A stretch of 64,000 nt of DNA, taken from positions 23,847 through 87,846 of the forward strand of contig JAEYYX010000048.1 in the NCBI GenBank assembly GCA_023428245.1. The letters run 5' to 3'. Positions within the stretch are counted from its first letter, which is position 1. Every line of letters starts with the position of its first letter. Shown here in pieces: positions 17,178 to 25,747 of the stretch. Below the pieces are notes generated by a model, which ran no database searches, was not told where the DNA came from, and worked only from the letters and a program-made list of their open reading frames with translations. The DNA is from Pseudomonadota bacterium (GTDB lineage: Bacteria; Myxococcota_A; Polyangia; Polyangiales; Polyangiaceae). Made by a program: the position numbers and the translations under genes.

Positions 17178-18326
17178 GTGATGCGAAGAGTCACTCTGGC
17201 GCTCGTCTGCGCGGTGTTTTCCTGCTCGAGTCCACAGGCAGGCGGTCGCCGCGCCGAGTCCGTCCGCGCAGAAGGAAGCTCAAGTCCCGAGCTGAATGCC
17301 GAGTCATTTCCCGCTCCTCCCGAGCCTCTTCCGGCCCGGCCGCGGGCGAACGCTCCGGAGCCCCAAGTGTGGAAGCTCACGGTCGTCGAGCGCCCGGAGG
17401 TGCACGCTGCGAGTGTCATGCTCTTGCCCGATGAAGCGCCACGGCTCGAGCTGCGCCTAGTACTCGACCATTGGCTGAGGGCCGCGCCCACTCTCAGCAG
17501 CGCTGCGCCCAAGCCGCTTCCTTGCCCCCCGGGAGGGATCTGCGTCACGACCGAGCCTGCTCGCCTCGGAGGCGTGCTCCAGTGGATCGAGCGAGGCATC
17601 GAACCCGGTAACGAAGCGCTCACTCTCGCCCTTGAGAGCGTTCGGGCTCAGGTAAAGAAAGATCTCGAAAATCCAAAGAACATCGCAGAACTCGTGCTCA
17701 CAGCTTCGAACTCAGAACCGCTCGGAGCAGCCTTCTATAGCGCTCGAGGTTTGTCGGCCCTGACTGAAGACCTCCAGAAGCTCCTCAGCGCCTCCGCCGT
17801 GTGCGCGGTAGCACCGAATGCGCGGAGTTTGCCGGCTTTGGCGATGCAGGCGGAGGCGCGCCCCGCGCGCACCAACGGGGAGCTCCGTTCCGCCCAGCTT
17901 TCTTTCGTTCGTCTCGCCGACGACAGCACCCCGATCGTCGCCTTTTCGGTGCGGGTGCTGAGCGGAGTTCGGGACGCGGCGCTTCTGAAGGAGATTGTCC
18001 TCGGACGGCTCAAGGTGAGCGGAGGGCGGAGGGAATGGCGTGCGCTCTCTGCAGCGCCTGGCGCAGAGCGAAGCGCAAGCGCGGACAGTGTCGTCTCGAT
18101 CATCAAGGAGCTACATGCGGTGCCCATCAACGGCGTCTCGTCTTCTGAACAGCACGCTGCGCTCGGCGCGCAGCGGCTCGGGCGCGCAGATTTCGGGGCT
18201 TGTGAAAGCGAGCCGGACAACTTGCCGCAAGAAGCTGCTCTGGACATTGTTGTGCTCGGCCCCGCGAGCCTCGCTCGCGCCCTCGAGGCCGCGGGCCTCT
18301 CCGCGCGCACCGTCACTGTTCGATAG
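17178..18326 (+). CDS. hypothetical lipoprotein
   Basis: MMRRVTLALVCAVFSC is a signal peptide plus lipobox. The ORF lies 20 nt after the M3 peptidase stop. I recognise no domain. Confidence 0.65.
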   Translation: MMRRVTLALVCAVFSCSSPQAGGRRAESVRAEGSSSPELNAESFPAPPEPLPARPRANAPEPQVWKLTVVERPEVHAASVMLLPDEAPRLELRLVLDHWLRAAPTLSSAAPKPLPCPPGGICVTTEPARLGGVLQWIERGIEPGNEALTLALESVRAQVKKDLENPKNIAELVLTASNSEPLGAAFYSARGLSALTEDLQKLLSASAVCAVAPNARSLPALAMQAEARPARTNGELRSAQLSFVRLADDSTPIVAFSVRVLSGVRDAALLKEIVLGRLKVSGGRREWRALSAAPGAERSASADSVVSIIKELHAVPINGVSSSEQHAALGAQRLGRADFGACESEPDNLPQEAALDIVVLGPASLARALEAAGLSARTVTVR

Positions 18327-18394
18327 TACGCTCCTTCGCGTTCTGCCGTATTCAGGTCCGCTCAGCAGCAAGCATTCAGCCGCCGCTCCGTCGC

Positions 18395-19438
18395 TCAGCG
18401 AGACCTCGTCGACCCAGAATGTGTCTTCGGCTCCTTCGCCTCTCCGTGCTCAAACCCGCCACTCAGACGCGTGCTCTTGCCAAGAGCCTCGATGTACGCG
18501 CCCGCGCCCCGCTCGACGCGGCCGATCACCGAGGCAAACTTCGGCCGAAGGCTCGCTGGACCTGCCGCGAGCAGTGCATAGTCCTCCCCGCCATCCAGAG
18601 CTAACTGGAGCGGATCTTGACCGAGCTTCCGAGCGAGGGTTTGTACGCTCCGAGGCAAGAGCTCAAGCAGTCGCTTGCCTTCGATCACGATCCGAACGCG
18701 ACTCTCCCGGCTGAGCGTCTGACTGTCCCGGCGGAGGCCGTCGGACACGTCCATGCAAGCACTCGCCTTCCCGCGGAGCCCGCGCCCTTCCGAAACCAAT
18801 GCGTTCGGCGTCCGAAAAGCGCGAAGTGCCAGAGCAGCCGCCCCGTGTCCCGAGCGCACCCCGGAGCTCAGGAGGAGATACCCCAAACGAGCCAGACCGA
18901 CAGCACCGACCAGCCACAGCTCGTCTCCTGCGCGCGCACCACTTCGCGTGAGCGCGCCCGCGCCCGCCTGCTCCAGCCGACCGAGAGCGGTCGTGACGAC
19001 CGAAAAGCGCGGACCGTGGCTCAAGTTGCCGCCAATGATGGGACAGCTGAGGGCGCGTGCTACGCGCGCTTGGCCTCGGGAGAAGCGCTCGAAGAACTCC
19101 GCGTCCGTGGTTGGTCCCAGGGTCACATGGCACAAGAGCGCTCGCGGTTTCGCGCCCATTGCTGCCAAATCGCTCACACATCCGTGGATAGACTTATGAG
19201 CGATGTCGTCGGGGCTGACCCAGTGCGCGAGAAAATGAGACCCTTCTTCGCAGGAGTCGACGGTCCAGCAGTGGGCCTCGGGAGCGGGAGCCAGAATGGC
19301 CGTGTCGTCGCCGATGCCAGCCACGACGTCCCGTCCCCGAGCTCGGCCGAGGTTCTTTTTCAGGATCTCGAGAGCCTCTGCCTCGCTCAGACGGGCTCGG
19401 GCGCTCCCCGGACGCGGGCGGCTTGTGCGCTGTTTCAT
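18395..19438 (-). CDS. thiL: thiamine-monophosphate kinase
   Basis: PurM/AIRS-type fold signatures: VAGIGDDTAIL, DVSDGL. The ATG overlaps the stop of the upstream histidine kinase (ATGA). Confidence 0.85.
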   Translation of the reverse strand: MKQRTSRPRPGSARARLSEAEALEILKKNLGRARGRDVVAGIGDDTAILAPAPEAHCWTVDSCEEGSHFLAHWVSPDDIAHKSIHGCVSDLAAMGAKPRALLCHVTLGPTTDAEFFERFSRGQARVARALSCPIIGGNLSHGPRFSVVTTALGRLEQAGAGALTRSGARAGDELWLVGAVGLARLGYLLLSSGVRSGHGAAALALRAFRTPNALVSEGRGLRGKASACMDVSDGLRRDSQTLSRESRVRIVIEGKRLLELLPRSVQTLARKLGQDPLQLALDGGEDYALLAAGPASLRPKFASVIGRVERGAGAYIEALGKSTRLSGGFEHGEAKEPKTHSGSTRSR

Positions 19439-20817
19439 TTGCAGGGAAGGCTGACCACAAACGTGGTGCCCCGAGGATCGTTCGACTCGATGTGGACCTG
19501 TCCGTCATGAGCATCGACGAGGCGCTTGACGATGGAAAGCCCGAGGCCACTGCCGCCAATCTCTCGCGTCGAAGTATTGTCGACCTGGTAGAAGGCGTCG
19601 AACACCCGCTCCCTTTGGTCTTCGGGGATCCCGATTCCAGAATCCGCCACGCGGATCTCGATGACGCGCCGCTTCGGCGAGCCGAGCACCGCTCCGCTCG
19701 AGACTGTGCCCGGACGGGCGTCCTGCTCAACCAAGCGAACCCCAATGTCCACCGAGCCATCGGCGGGCGTGAACTTGATCGCGTTTTCGGTCAAATTGAG
19801 GAGGATTTGGCGAAGCCGCTCCGCATCGCCGTTCAAGACCGGGAGAGCGTCGTTCACGCTAGCGGTGAGACTGACGTTCTTCTTGCGCGCAGTCGGGGCC
19901 AAGGTGGTCGCGACGTCTCGGGCGAGTGCACCACAGTCGACGTTGCCTTTGCGAAGGCTCATGGTGCCGCTCTCGAGCTTCGAGAGATCAAGCAAACTCT
20001 TGATTAGCTCGAGCAGCTGCTCGCCTTTTTGGTGGATCGTTCCGAGGAACTCCCTCTGCTCGTCGTTCAGCTCCCCTGAGATCCCTTCGAGGAGCATCTC
20101 ACTGTAGCCAATGATCGAAGTGAGCGGGGTGCGCAGCTCATGGGAAACCGTGGCCAGGAAGTTGCTCTTGAGGCGGTCGAGCTCCCGCAGCCGGTCGTAG
20201 GCAGACTGGAGCTTCGTGTTCTTGTCGGTGAGCTCCCGGAAGTTCTCGCGCACTGTCGCGAGATGCATGCTGCTCGCGAGGTGCGCCTTGAAGCCCGAGT
20301 AAGCGAGCACATCGAGGGTACGCTGGAAGAAACGCAAGAGCTCTTTGCACTCTTCGAGCGTCTTCGCCGGGACATCGCCTGGCGAGAGCTCTCTGGAGCT
20401 GTCCTCTGGCAGCCGGATCACCTGGCCCGAGAACCCCTGAGCTGCTCCCTTCAGGCGCACCGGACCGAGCACAATGCGCCCGAGGAGACGCCCATCGTGG
20501 TCGAGCTGGGACACGAGGTATCCCGCGCCGAACGCACACTCGACCCACGCCGGCTCGTCGACTGTCACGCCAACGGAGAGCACCTCGTGGATCGTGTCGC
20601 GGAGACGCCTCTGTCCAGCGGGGAATCCTTCGAGCAGCGCATCGAGAGGCGGCGCAGATTTCGGACCAGCCAAGAGACCGCTGGCCAGCGAATAGATGCG
20701 CGCGGGGATACCCGTGAGCTCTTCGAACGAGCTCAACATCTCGGGCAACGCGCGACGATCGAGCAGATCTTCAAGGCTGAACTGCTCGAGCATCGTCAGC
20801 TCTTCGAGCGTCTTCAT
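19435..20817 (-). CDS. soluble sensor histidine kinase with an unassigned N-terminal sensor region
   Basis: H-box SHELRTPLTSIIGYSEML. HATPase_c N box LLNLTENAIKF and G boxes DSGIGI and GSGLGLSIV. No hydrophobic TM segment is visible. I chose the start at MKTLEE (4 nt after the upstream stop); the longer ORF to 20925 would overlap the GTPase gene. Confidence 0.85.
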   Translation of the reverse strand: MKTLEELTMLEQFSLEDLLDRRALPEMLSSFEELTGIPARIYSLASGLLAGPKSAPPLDALLEGFPAGQRRLRDTIHEVLSVGVTVDEPAWVECAFGAGYLVSQLDHDGRLLGRIVLGPVRLKGAAQGFSGQVIRLPEDSSRELSPGDVPAKTLEECKELLRFFQRTLDVLAYSGFKAHLASSMHLATVRENFRELTDKNTKLQSAYDRLRELDRLKSNFLATVSHELRTPLTSIIGYSEMLLEGISGELNDEQREFLGTIHQKGEQLLELIKSLLDLSKLESGTMSLRKGNVDCGALARDVATTLAPTARKKNVSLTASVNDALPVLNGDAERLRQILLNLTENAIKFTPADGSVDIGVRLVEQDARPGTVSSGAVLGSPKRRVIEIRVADSGIGIPEDQRERVFDAFYQVDNTSTREIGGSGLGLSIVKRLVDAHDGQVHIESNDPRGTTFVVSLPCK

Positions 20818-20821
20818 GCGG

Positions 20822-21547
20822 CTATCGCCCATGAACCCCTCCCCCGACAGAGTCTGCCAAGATATCGTGGAGAGGGCGAGGGTCGCCAAGTTTTGCCGCA
20901 ACATCCGCGACGAACTCAGGGCCATCGAACCCGAATTTTTCGCTCAGCCCATGGGTCGCTTCGAGCTGCTCCCATGTGCGATAGAGGAGCCCAACGAAGC
21001 AGGGAACGACACCGACTCCCTTCGTCGCGATCGCGAGATAGACAGGCTCCCGCCCCAGCTTGGCCATCTCGGCGATCTCCGCCTGGCTCCTGATGCTCGG
21101 GAGGTCCCGCTTGTTGAACTGGATCACGAGCGGCATCTTCTCGAGTTCGATGCCCTGTCCCTGGAGGTTTCTCTGCAAGTCGAGGAAGGACTCGGTGTTG
21201 TTGTCGGTCTCGCTCAGGCGCGAATCGGCGATGAAGGCGACCCCATCGGCCCCTTGTACGACGAGCCTGCGCGTCGAGGTGTGAATGACCTGACCGGGCA
21301 CCGTGAACACCTTCACCCGCACGGCGATCCCGCTCTTGTCGTTGAAGGTGAGCGGGAGCAAGTCGAAGAAGAGCGTTCGATCGTCCTTCGTATCGAGCGT
21401 CATCAGACGCCCCTTGGAGTCACCGGAAGCGGCTTCGTGGAGGGACTGGAGGTTTGTCGTCTTTCCGCTCAGCGCGGCGCCGTAGTAGACAAGCTTGATC
21501 GTGAGTTGTTTTGTAGAAAAATCGACTTGCACTCGAGCGTCTCCCAC
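20822..21547 (-). CDS. MglA-family Ras-like small GTPase with a C-terminal extension
   Basis: KLVYYGAALSGKTTNL (P-loop), DRTLFFDLLPL (switch I), TVPGQ (switch II, MglA-type), NKRD. About 50 extra C-terminal residues. GTG start. Confidence 0.85.
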   Translation of the reverse strand: MGDARVQVDFSTKQLTIKLVYYGAALSGKTTNLQSLHEAASGDSKGRLMTLDTKDDRTLFFDLLPLTFNDKSGIAVRVKVFTVPGQVIHTSTRRLVVQGADGVAFIADSRLSETDNNTESFLDLQRNLQGQGIELEKMPLVIQFNKRDLPSIRSQAEIAEMAKLGREPVYLAIATKGVGVVPCFVGLLYRTWEQLEATHGLSEKFGFDGPEFVADVAAKLGDPRPLHDILADSVGGGVHGR

Positions 21548-21583
21548 GCGCGGTCCGGGCGTCCCTCTGGCCCCAGAATTTCA

Positions 21584-21593
21584 ATGTTAACAT
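21584..21593. promoter_or_regulatory. perfect 10-bp palindrome ATGTTAACAT in a divergent promoter region
   Basis: Lies in the AT-richer spacer between the GTPase gene (-) and the hydrolase gene (+). It is a candidate operator only. Confidence 0.3.
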
Positions 21594-21651
21594 ATCCCAG
21601 CCGGCTCGGAACCTGCTCGGGAGCGCGACCACCGCCGAGAACCATCGAGGA

Positions 21652-22641
21652 ATGGCCCCTGCCGGGTCCGAGGAAAAAGTGACAAGATGGACTCAAGTGT
21701 CCGCCTACACCCGGGATGAATTGGAAGGCTTTGTCCATCAAGTCCTGACTCTACAGTCAGAAGAGGACGGCCCGCTGAGAGCAACCTTAATCCGAAGTGA
21801 CCGCGATCCGGGCGAAGCTCACGGCGCAGTTCTGTCCCTCCACGGATTTTGCGACTATTTCTTTCAGGTTCACGTCGCGCGCCACTTCGAGGAGGCGGGG
21901 CTTTCCTTTTGCGCCATCGATACACGACGCGCGGGGCGCTCGCTCATGGCGGGGAACCTCCCACATTTCTTCCGGAGCGCCGAAGATCCGTTCCCTGAGC
22001 TCACCTGGGCCATCGAGACCATCCGGCAAGAAGTCCAAGGACCCATCACACTCCTCGCACACTCGACGGGCTGCATCACCGCGGCGCTCTACGCAAAGCG
22101 CGGTCCCGCCCGAGATCAGATTTCCCGTCTCATCTTCAATAGCCCGTTCCTCGACTTTCCCGTGGAAGGCGCGCTCCGGCGAGCGCTCGAACCTCTGGCT
22201 TGGTTCGGCGCGCTTTGTCCGAGCCTCAGAGCGCCGACCGGCCTCGGCTCCACTTATGGAAAGACTCTCCATATCTCGGAGAGCGGCGAGTGGAGCTATG
22301 ACCTCGGGAGGAAACCCCTCGATGGATTTCCCATCTTCGCTGGCTGGCTCCGAGCTGTGCTCCTTGCTCAGCGGGAGATCCGAGCGGGACTCGGTCTCGA
22401 GAAGCCTATCCTCTTGCTCCGCTCGGACAAGAGCTCGAGTCCCGTCGGCCCCGTCAATCGCCTCGCTCACACCTCAGACACAGTGCTCAAGGTCGAACAC
22501 ATGGCGCTCTACGGACCACGGCTCGGAAACGCTGTCACGATCGAGGTCATCCCCGAAGCGAAACACGACGTGTTCTTATCGCGCAAAGAACCCCGCGCGC
22601 TCGCTCTCGCTCGCGCGCTCTCTTTCGCCTCAGGCTCCTGA
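21652..22641 (+). CDS. alpha/beta hydrolase (lysophospholipase/monoglyceride-lipase-like)
   Basis: LHGFCDYF oxyanion-type segment and the nucleophile elbow LLAHSTGC (G/A-H-S-x-G). Confidence 0.8.
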   Translation: MAPAGSEEKVTRWTQVSAYTRDELEGFVHQVLTLQSEEDGPLRATLIRSDRDPGEAHGAVLSLHGFCDYFFQVHVARHFEEAGLSFCAIDTRRAGRSLMAGNLPHFFRSAEDPFPELTWAIETIRQEVQGPITLLAHSTGCITAALYAKRGPARDQISRLIFNSPFLDFPVEGALRRALEPLAWFGALCPSLRAPTGLGSTYGKTLHISESGEWSYDLGRKPLDGFPIFAGWLRAVLLAQREIRAGLGLEKPILLLRSDKSSSPVGPVNRLAHTSDTVLKVEHMALYGPRLGNAVTIEVIPEAKHDVFLSRKEPRALALARALSFASGS

Positions 22642-23619
22642 CCCAAGCCCGATTTCGAAGGCTCGGCGAAGCTCTCCCGCTTCGATGGCCTGTTTCCGCG
22701 CCAAGAAGCGCCGGTAGTCTCGGAGCGGCTTCTCTCCTTCCGGAACGCGGAGGGAAAAGTCCGTGAGCCTTGTGACAGCGAACCGGGCACAAACAAGGCG
22801 CCCCTCGGTTTCAATCTCCTCGAGCTCCCGGGCCCCGAGGGCGCGCACGCTCGCGTAACCACGCACCATCGAGGCCACAAGCGCCTGGTCGAGGGAGTCT
22901 CCGTAACAGAAGGCGAGGATCGTCACGATCAGATCGTAGAGAAACGGGCCGCGGCAGGCGCTCTCAAAGTCGAGGAGCCCGAGCACTTGCTCCCCGCTCA
23001 CGAGCGTGTTGTCACGGAAAAGGTCGCCGTGGATGAGCCCGGTCGGTAGATCCCGAGCGCGCTTCTTGTCAATCTCAACGAGCAGCTCATCGATTCGCTC
23101 TGCATCGGGAAGCAGGCTCGCCCGACTACTTTCGTGCACACGGCGGAGCCGCGTGCGGAGCGCATCGATCGTGAAGCGCCCACCCGGCACCGAAAGTCCG
23201 GAGAGCTCAGCCAGATGTACCCGGGCAAGAGCTGCGCCGACCGAATGCGCGAGACCCGGAGTCACGCGCTTCTGACAGACAACTTCACCCTCCACGTGCT
23301 CGTAGAGAGAAAAGGGTTGCTCGCGACCGTCCGGCCGCCCGTGGATCACACAGGGCTCTCCCTCCAGGGTGACGAGAGGCCGGGCCACGGGAACCGCGGC
23401 GCTTGCCAGTGCGAGATTCAGACGCACCTCAAACTGTGCGCCCGACAGACCCTGTTCCTCGTAGAGACGACCGAAGAACCTCTGGCCGTCCTCTGTATCA
23501 AGGAAGAAATTCGAGTTCACGCTCCCCGCGGCGAGCGCCGTGACGCTCTTCAGGCGAAGGCCATAAGCGCTCGCGAGGCGCTGGGCCTCAGTCAGACTCA
23601 GCTCGGTCAAAAGGGCCAT
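22630..23619 (-). CDS. thrB: homoserine kinase type II (APH-fold phosphotransferase)
   Basis: The N-terminus LSLTEAQRLASAYGL...AAGSVNSNFFLDTEDG and the catalytic LIHGDLFRDN match the ThrB type II / aminoglycoside-phosphotransferase family pattern. Confidence 0.7.
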   Translation of the reverse strand: MALLTELSLTEAQRLASAYGLRLKSVTALAAGSVNSNFFLDTEDGQRFFGRLYEEQGLSGAQFEVRLNLALASAAVPVARPLVTLEGEPCVIHGRPDGREQPFSLYEHVEGEVVCQKRVTPGLAHSVGAALARVHLAELSGLSVPGGRFTIDALRTRLRRVHESSRASLLPDAERIDELLVEIDKKRARDLPTGLIHGDLFRDNTLVSGEQVLGLLDFESACRGPFLYDLIVTILAFCYGDSLDQALVASMVRGYASVRALGARELEEIETEGRLVCARFAVTRLTDFSLRVPEGEKPLRDYRRFLARKQAIEAGELRRAFEIGLGSGA

Positions 23620-23782
23620 AGGGCCCTCCCTATAGCGGAGCTCGCCTCGCTTGACTCGACCCCGGGTGTCCGTTTTTCAGGCCCCAAGAACGGGGCCGCG
23701 GCACGACGCGCCTTACGACTTGCGCTATAGACCCTCGCCGGGAGACAAGCCGAACTCAGGCCGCCTCCCCGAAAACCCTAGG

Positions 23783-25552
23783 ATGGAGCTTACAGGAGAT
23801 ACAACCAGCCTTTCCGCCAGCGCGCGGAGGGCCCTCGAACGGGTCTCGAGGAGGAAAGTTCCCGCCGACGTAATCGTCAGTCCGGAGCTCGCCCGCTCCC
23901 TGGCGACAGCGTCCCAAGAATCCGGACGCCAAGTCGGTGTCTTGGTTTCGCGCATCGGTAACGTCGAGCACGTCATCATCGGAACTCCGACGGGCTTGAT
24001 GCTTCCGGATGTCGGCCGTTTGCGCGCCGCGAAAGGTCGCTTCCGCGGAGTCCGCCTGATCCATACGCACCTTTTCGGCGAAGGCCTAACTCACGACGAT
24101 CTGACCGACCTGACGCGGCTCCGGCTCGACCTCGTGTGCGCGCTCGTCTTGAATCCGCGCGGGGAGCTCGCGCGCATCACCTGGGCACACAACCGGCCCT
24201 CAGCGAAGAAGGACGACGAGGACACGCTCGGTTATGAGCTCGTCGCGCCGATGCCCTGGGGTCGTCCCCAGCCTCACTTTGGCGAACTCATCTCGGCCCT
24301 CGAAGACGAATACTCTCGCCTGGAGAAGGGTCGTCCCCTCGAAGCCAAAGACGGCCGGGCCATGCTCGTCCACGTCGGGGAAAAATCCCGCGGACCGACG
24401 GCCCAAAGGCACGCCGAGTCGCGCATGCAGGAGCTCGCTGCCCTCGCTGAGACGGCAGGAGTCGAGGTCGTGCGCCGCGTGATTCAGATCCGTGAGCGCA
24501 TCGATCCAAAGTTCGTGCTCGGCAAGGGCCGTCTCGAACAGCTCGTCATGGAGGCGATCGATCTCGACGTTGAAACTCTCATCTTCGACTGCAACTTGAG
24601 CCCCACGCAAGCGAGCTCGATCGCTCAAGAGACAGATCTCAAGATCCTCGATCGCACTCAGCTCATCTTGGACATCTTCGCCCAACGCGCGGAGAGTCGA
24701 GACGGAAAGCTGCAAGTCGAGCTCGCGCAGCTCAAGTACACGCTGCCCCGCCTCGGTCAGAAGGACGACGGTCTCTCACGCCTCACCGGCGGCATTGGTG
24801 GACGTGGGCCCGGTGAGACGAAGCTCGAGATCGGACGCCGCCGCGCTCGCGAGCGCCTCGAACGACTCCAAAAACAGCTCACAGAGCTCGAGAAGCAGCG
24901 CGGGGAACGCCGCCGCAAACGCCAAAGCGAAGACATCCCCGTCGTGGCCATCGTCGGTTACACCAACGCGGGCAAGAGCACGCTCCTGAACACCCTAACC
25001 CAAGCGGGCGTTCTCGCTGAGAACAAGCTCTTCGCTACCCTCGACACTCGCTCCCGCCGACTCACGCTGCCGGAAGGAAACACGATCGTCCTCAGCGACA
25101 CCGTAGGGTTCATTCGCGACATGCCGAAGGACCTCTTCGCGGCCTTCCGCGCGACGTTCGAAGAAGCCGCCGACGCAGACCTGATTCTCGAACTCGTCGA
25201 CGCCTCCGATCCCGAAGAAGCGACTCACCGCAAAGAGACAGAACGTCTCATCAGCGAGCTCGGCATCGCGGAGATTCCGCGACTCACCGTCTACAACAAG
25301 TCGGATCAGCTCGGCCCCGAGACAATCCGCGCTCTCTCGGAGCAGCCGAACTCTCTTGTCATCTCAGCGCGCGATCGGGAGAGCCTGAGGCCCCTCCTGG
25401 CCGAGCTCTCCCACAGGTTTCCGGCGGCCGGCTGGACGAACCTCCAGACGGCTCCGGAAGAGGTCGAGGCGAGCTCCGAGGAGCGCTTCATCCCCGAGGG
25501 CATGGTCTGGGACGAGGACTTCGGCGAGTTCGTCGAAGCGCCCCCCGCCTGA
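23783..25552 (+). CDS. hflX: GTPase HflX
   Basis: HflX N-domain block ILDRTQLILDIFAQRA, G1 GYTNAGKSTLLN, DTVGF, NKSD. The ATG at 23783 is preferred over the TTG at 23651. Confidence 0.9.
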   Translation: MELTGDTTSLSASARRALERVSRRKVPADVIVSPELARSLATASQESGRQVGVLVSRIGNVEHVIIGTPTGLMLPDVGRLRAAKGRFRGVRLIHTHLFGEGLTHDDLTDLTRLRLDLVCALVLNPRGELARITWAHNRPSAKKDDEDTLGYELVAPMPWGRPQPHFGELISALEDEYSRLEKGRPLEAKDGRAMLVHVGEKSRGPTAQRHAESRMQELAALAETAGVEVVRRVIQIRERIDPKFVLGKGRLEQLVMEAIDLDVETLIFDCNLSPTQASSIAQETDLKILDRTQLILDIFAQRAESRDGKLQVELAQLKYTLPRLGQKDDGLSRLTGGIGGRGPGETKLEIGRRRARERLERLQKQLTELEKQRGERRRKRQSEDIPVVAIVGYTNAGKSTLLNTLTQAGVLAENKLFATLDTRSRRLTLPEGNTIVLSDTVGFIRDMPKDLFAAFRATFEEAADADLILELVDASDPEEATHRKETERLISELGIAEIPRLTVYNKSDQLGPETIRALSEQPNSLVISARDRESLRPLLAELSHRFPAAGWTNLQTAPEEVEASSEERFIPEGMVWDEDFGEFVEAPPA

Positions 25553-25747
25553 AGCGCGCCGATTTATCGCGGCAGCGGAGCGAGCCTTCCCTCGGGGCCT
25601 TGGAGACTCTCCGGCGGCAGGAGGGGCTGTCGCGCACGGGCCCCGGTATCGCCGCATGGCCCCTGACGGACAGCGGCCGGGCCTCTGGCCGACAGCGGCG
25701 AGCCCCAGCGCAAAGAACCCCCGGACTCCCGGGTGCTCAAGGGGTGC

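Noticed and set aside
23630-23730. 8-bp inverted repeat CTATAGCG ... CGCTATAG in the thrB/hflX divergent spacer
   Set aside because: The arms are 85 nt apart and only 8 bp long, which is chance-level, and I saw no supporting structure or conservation.
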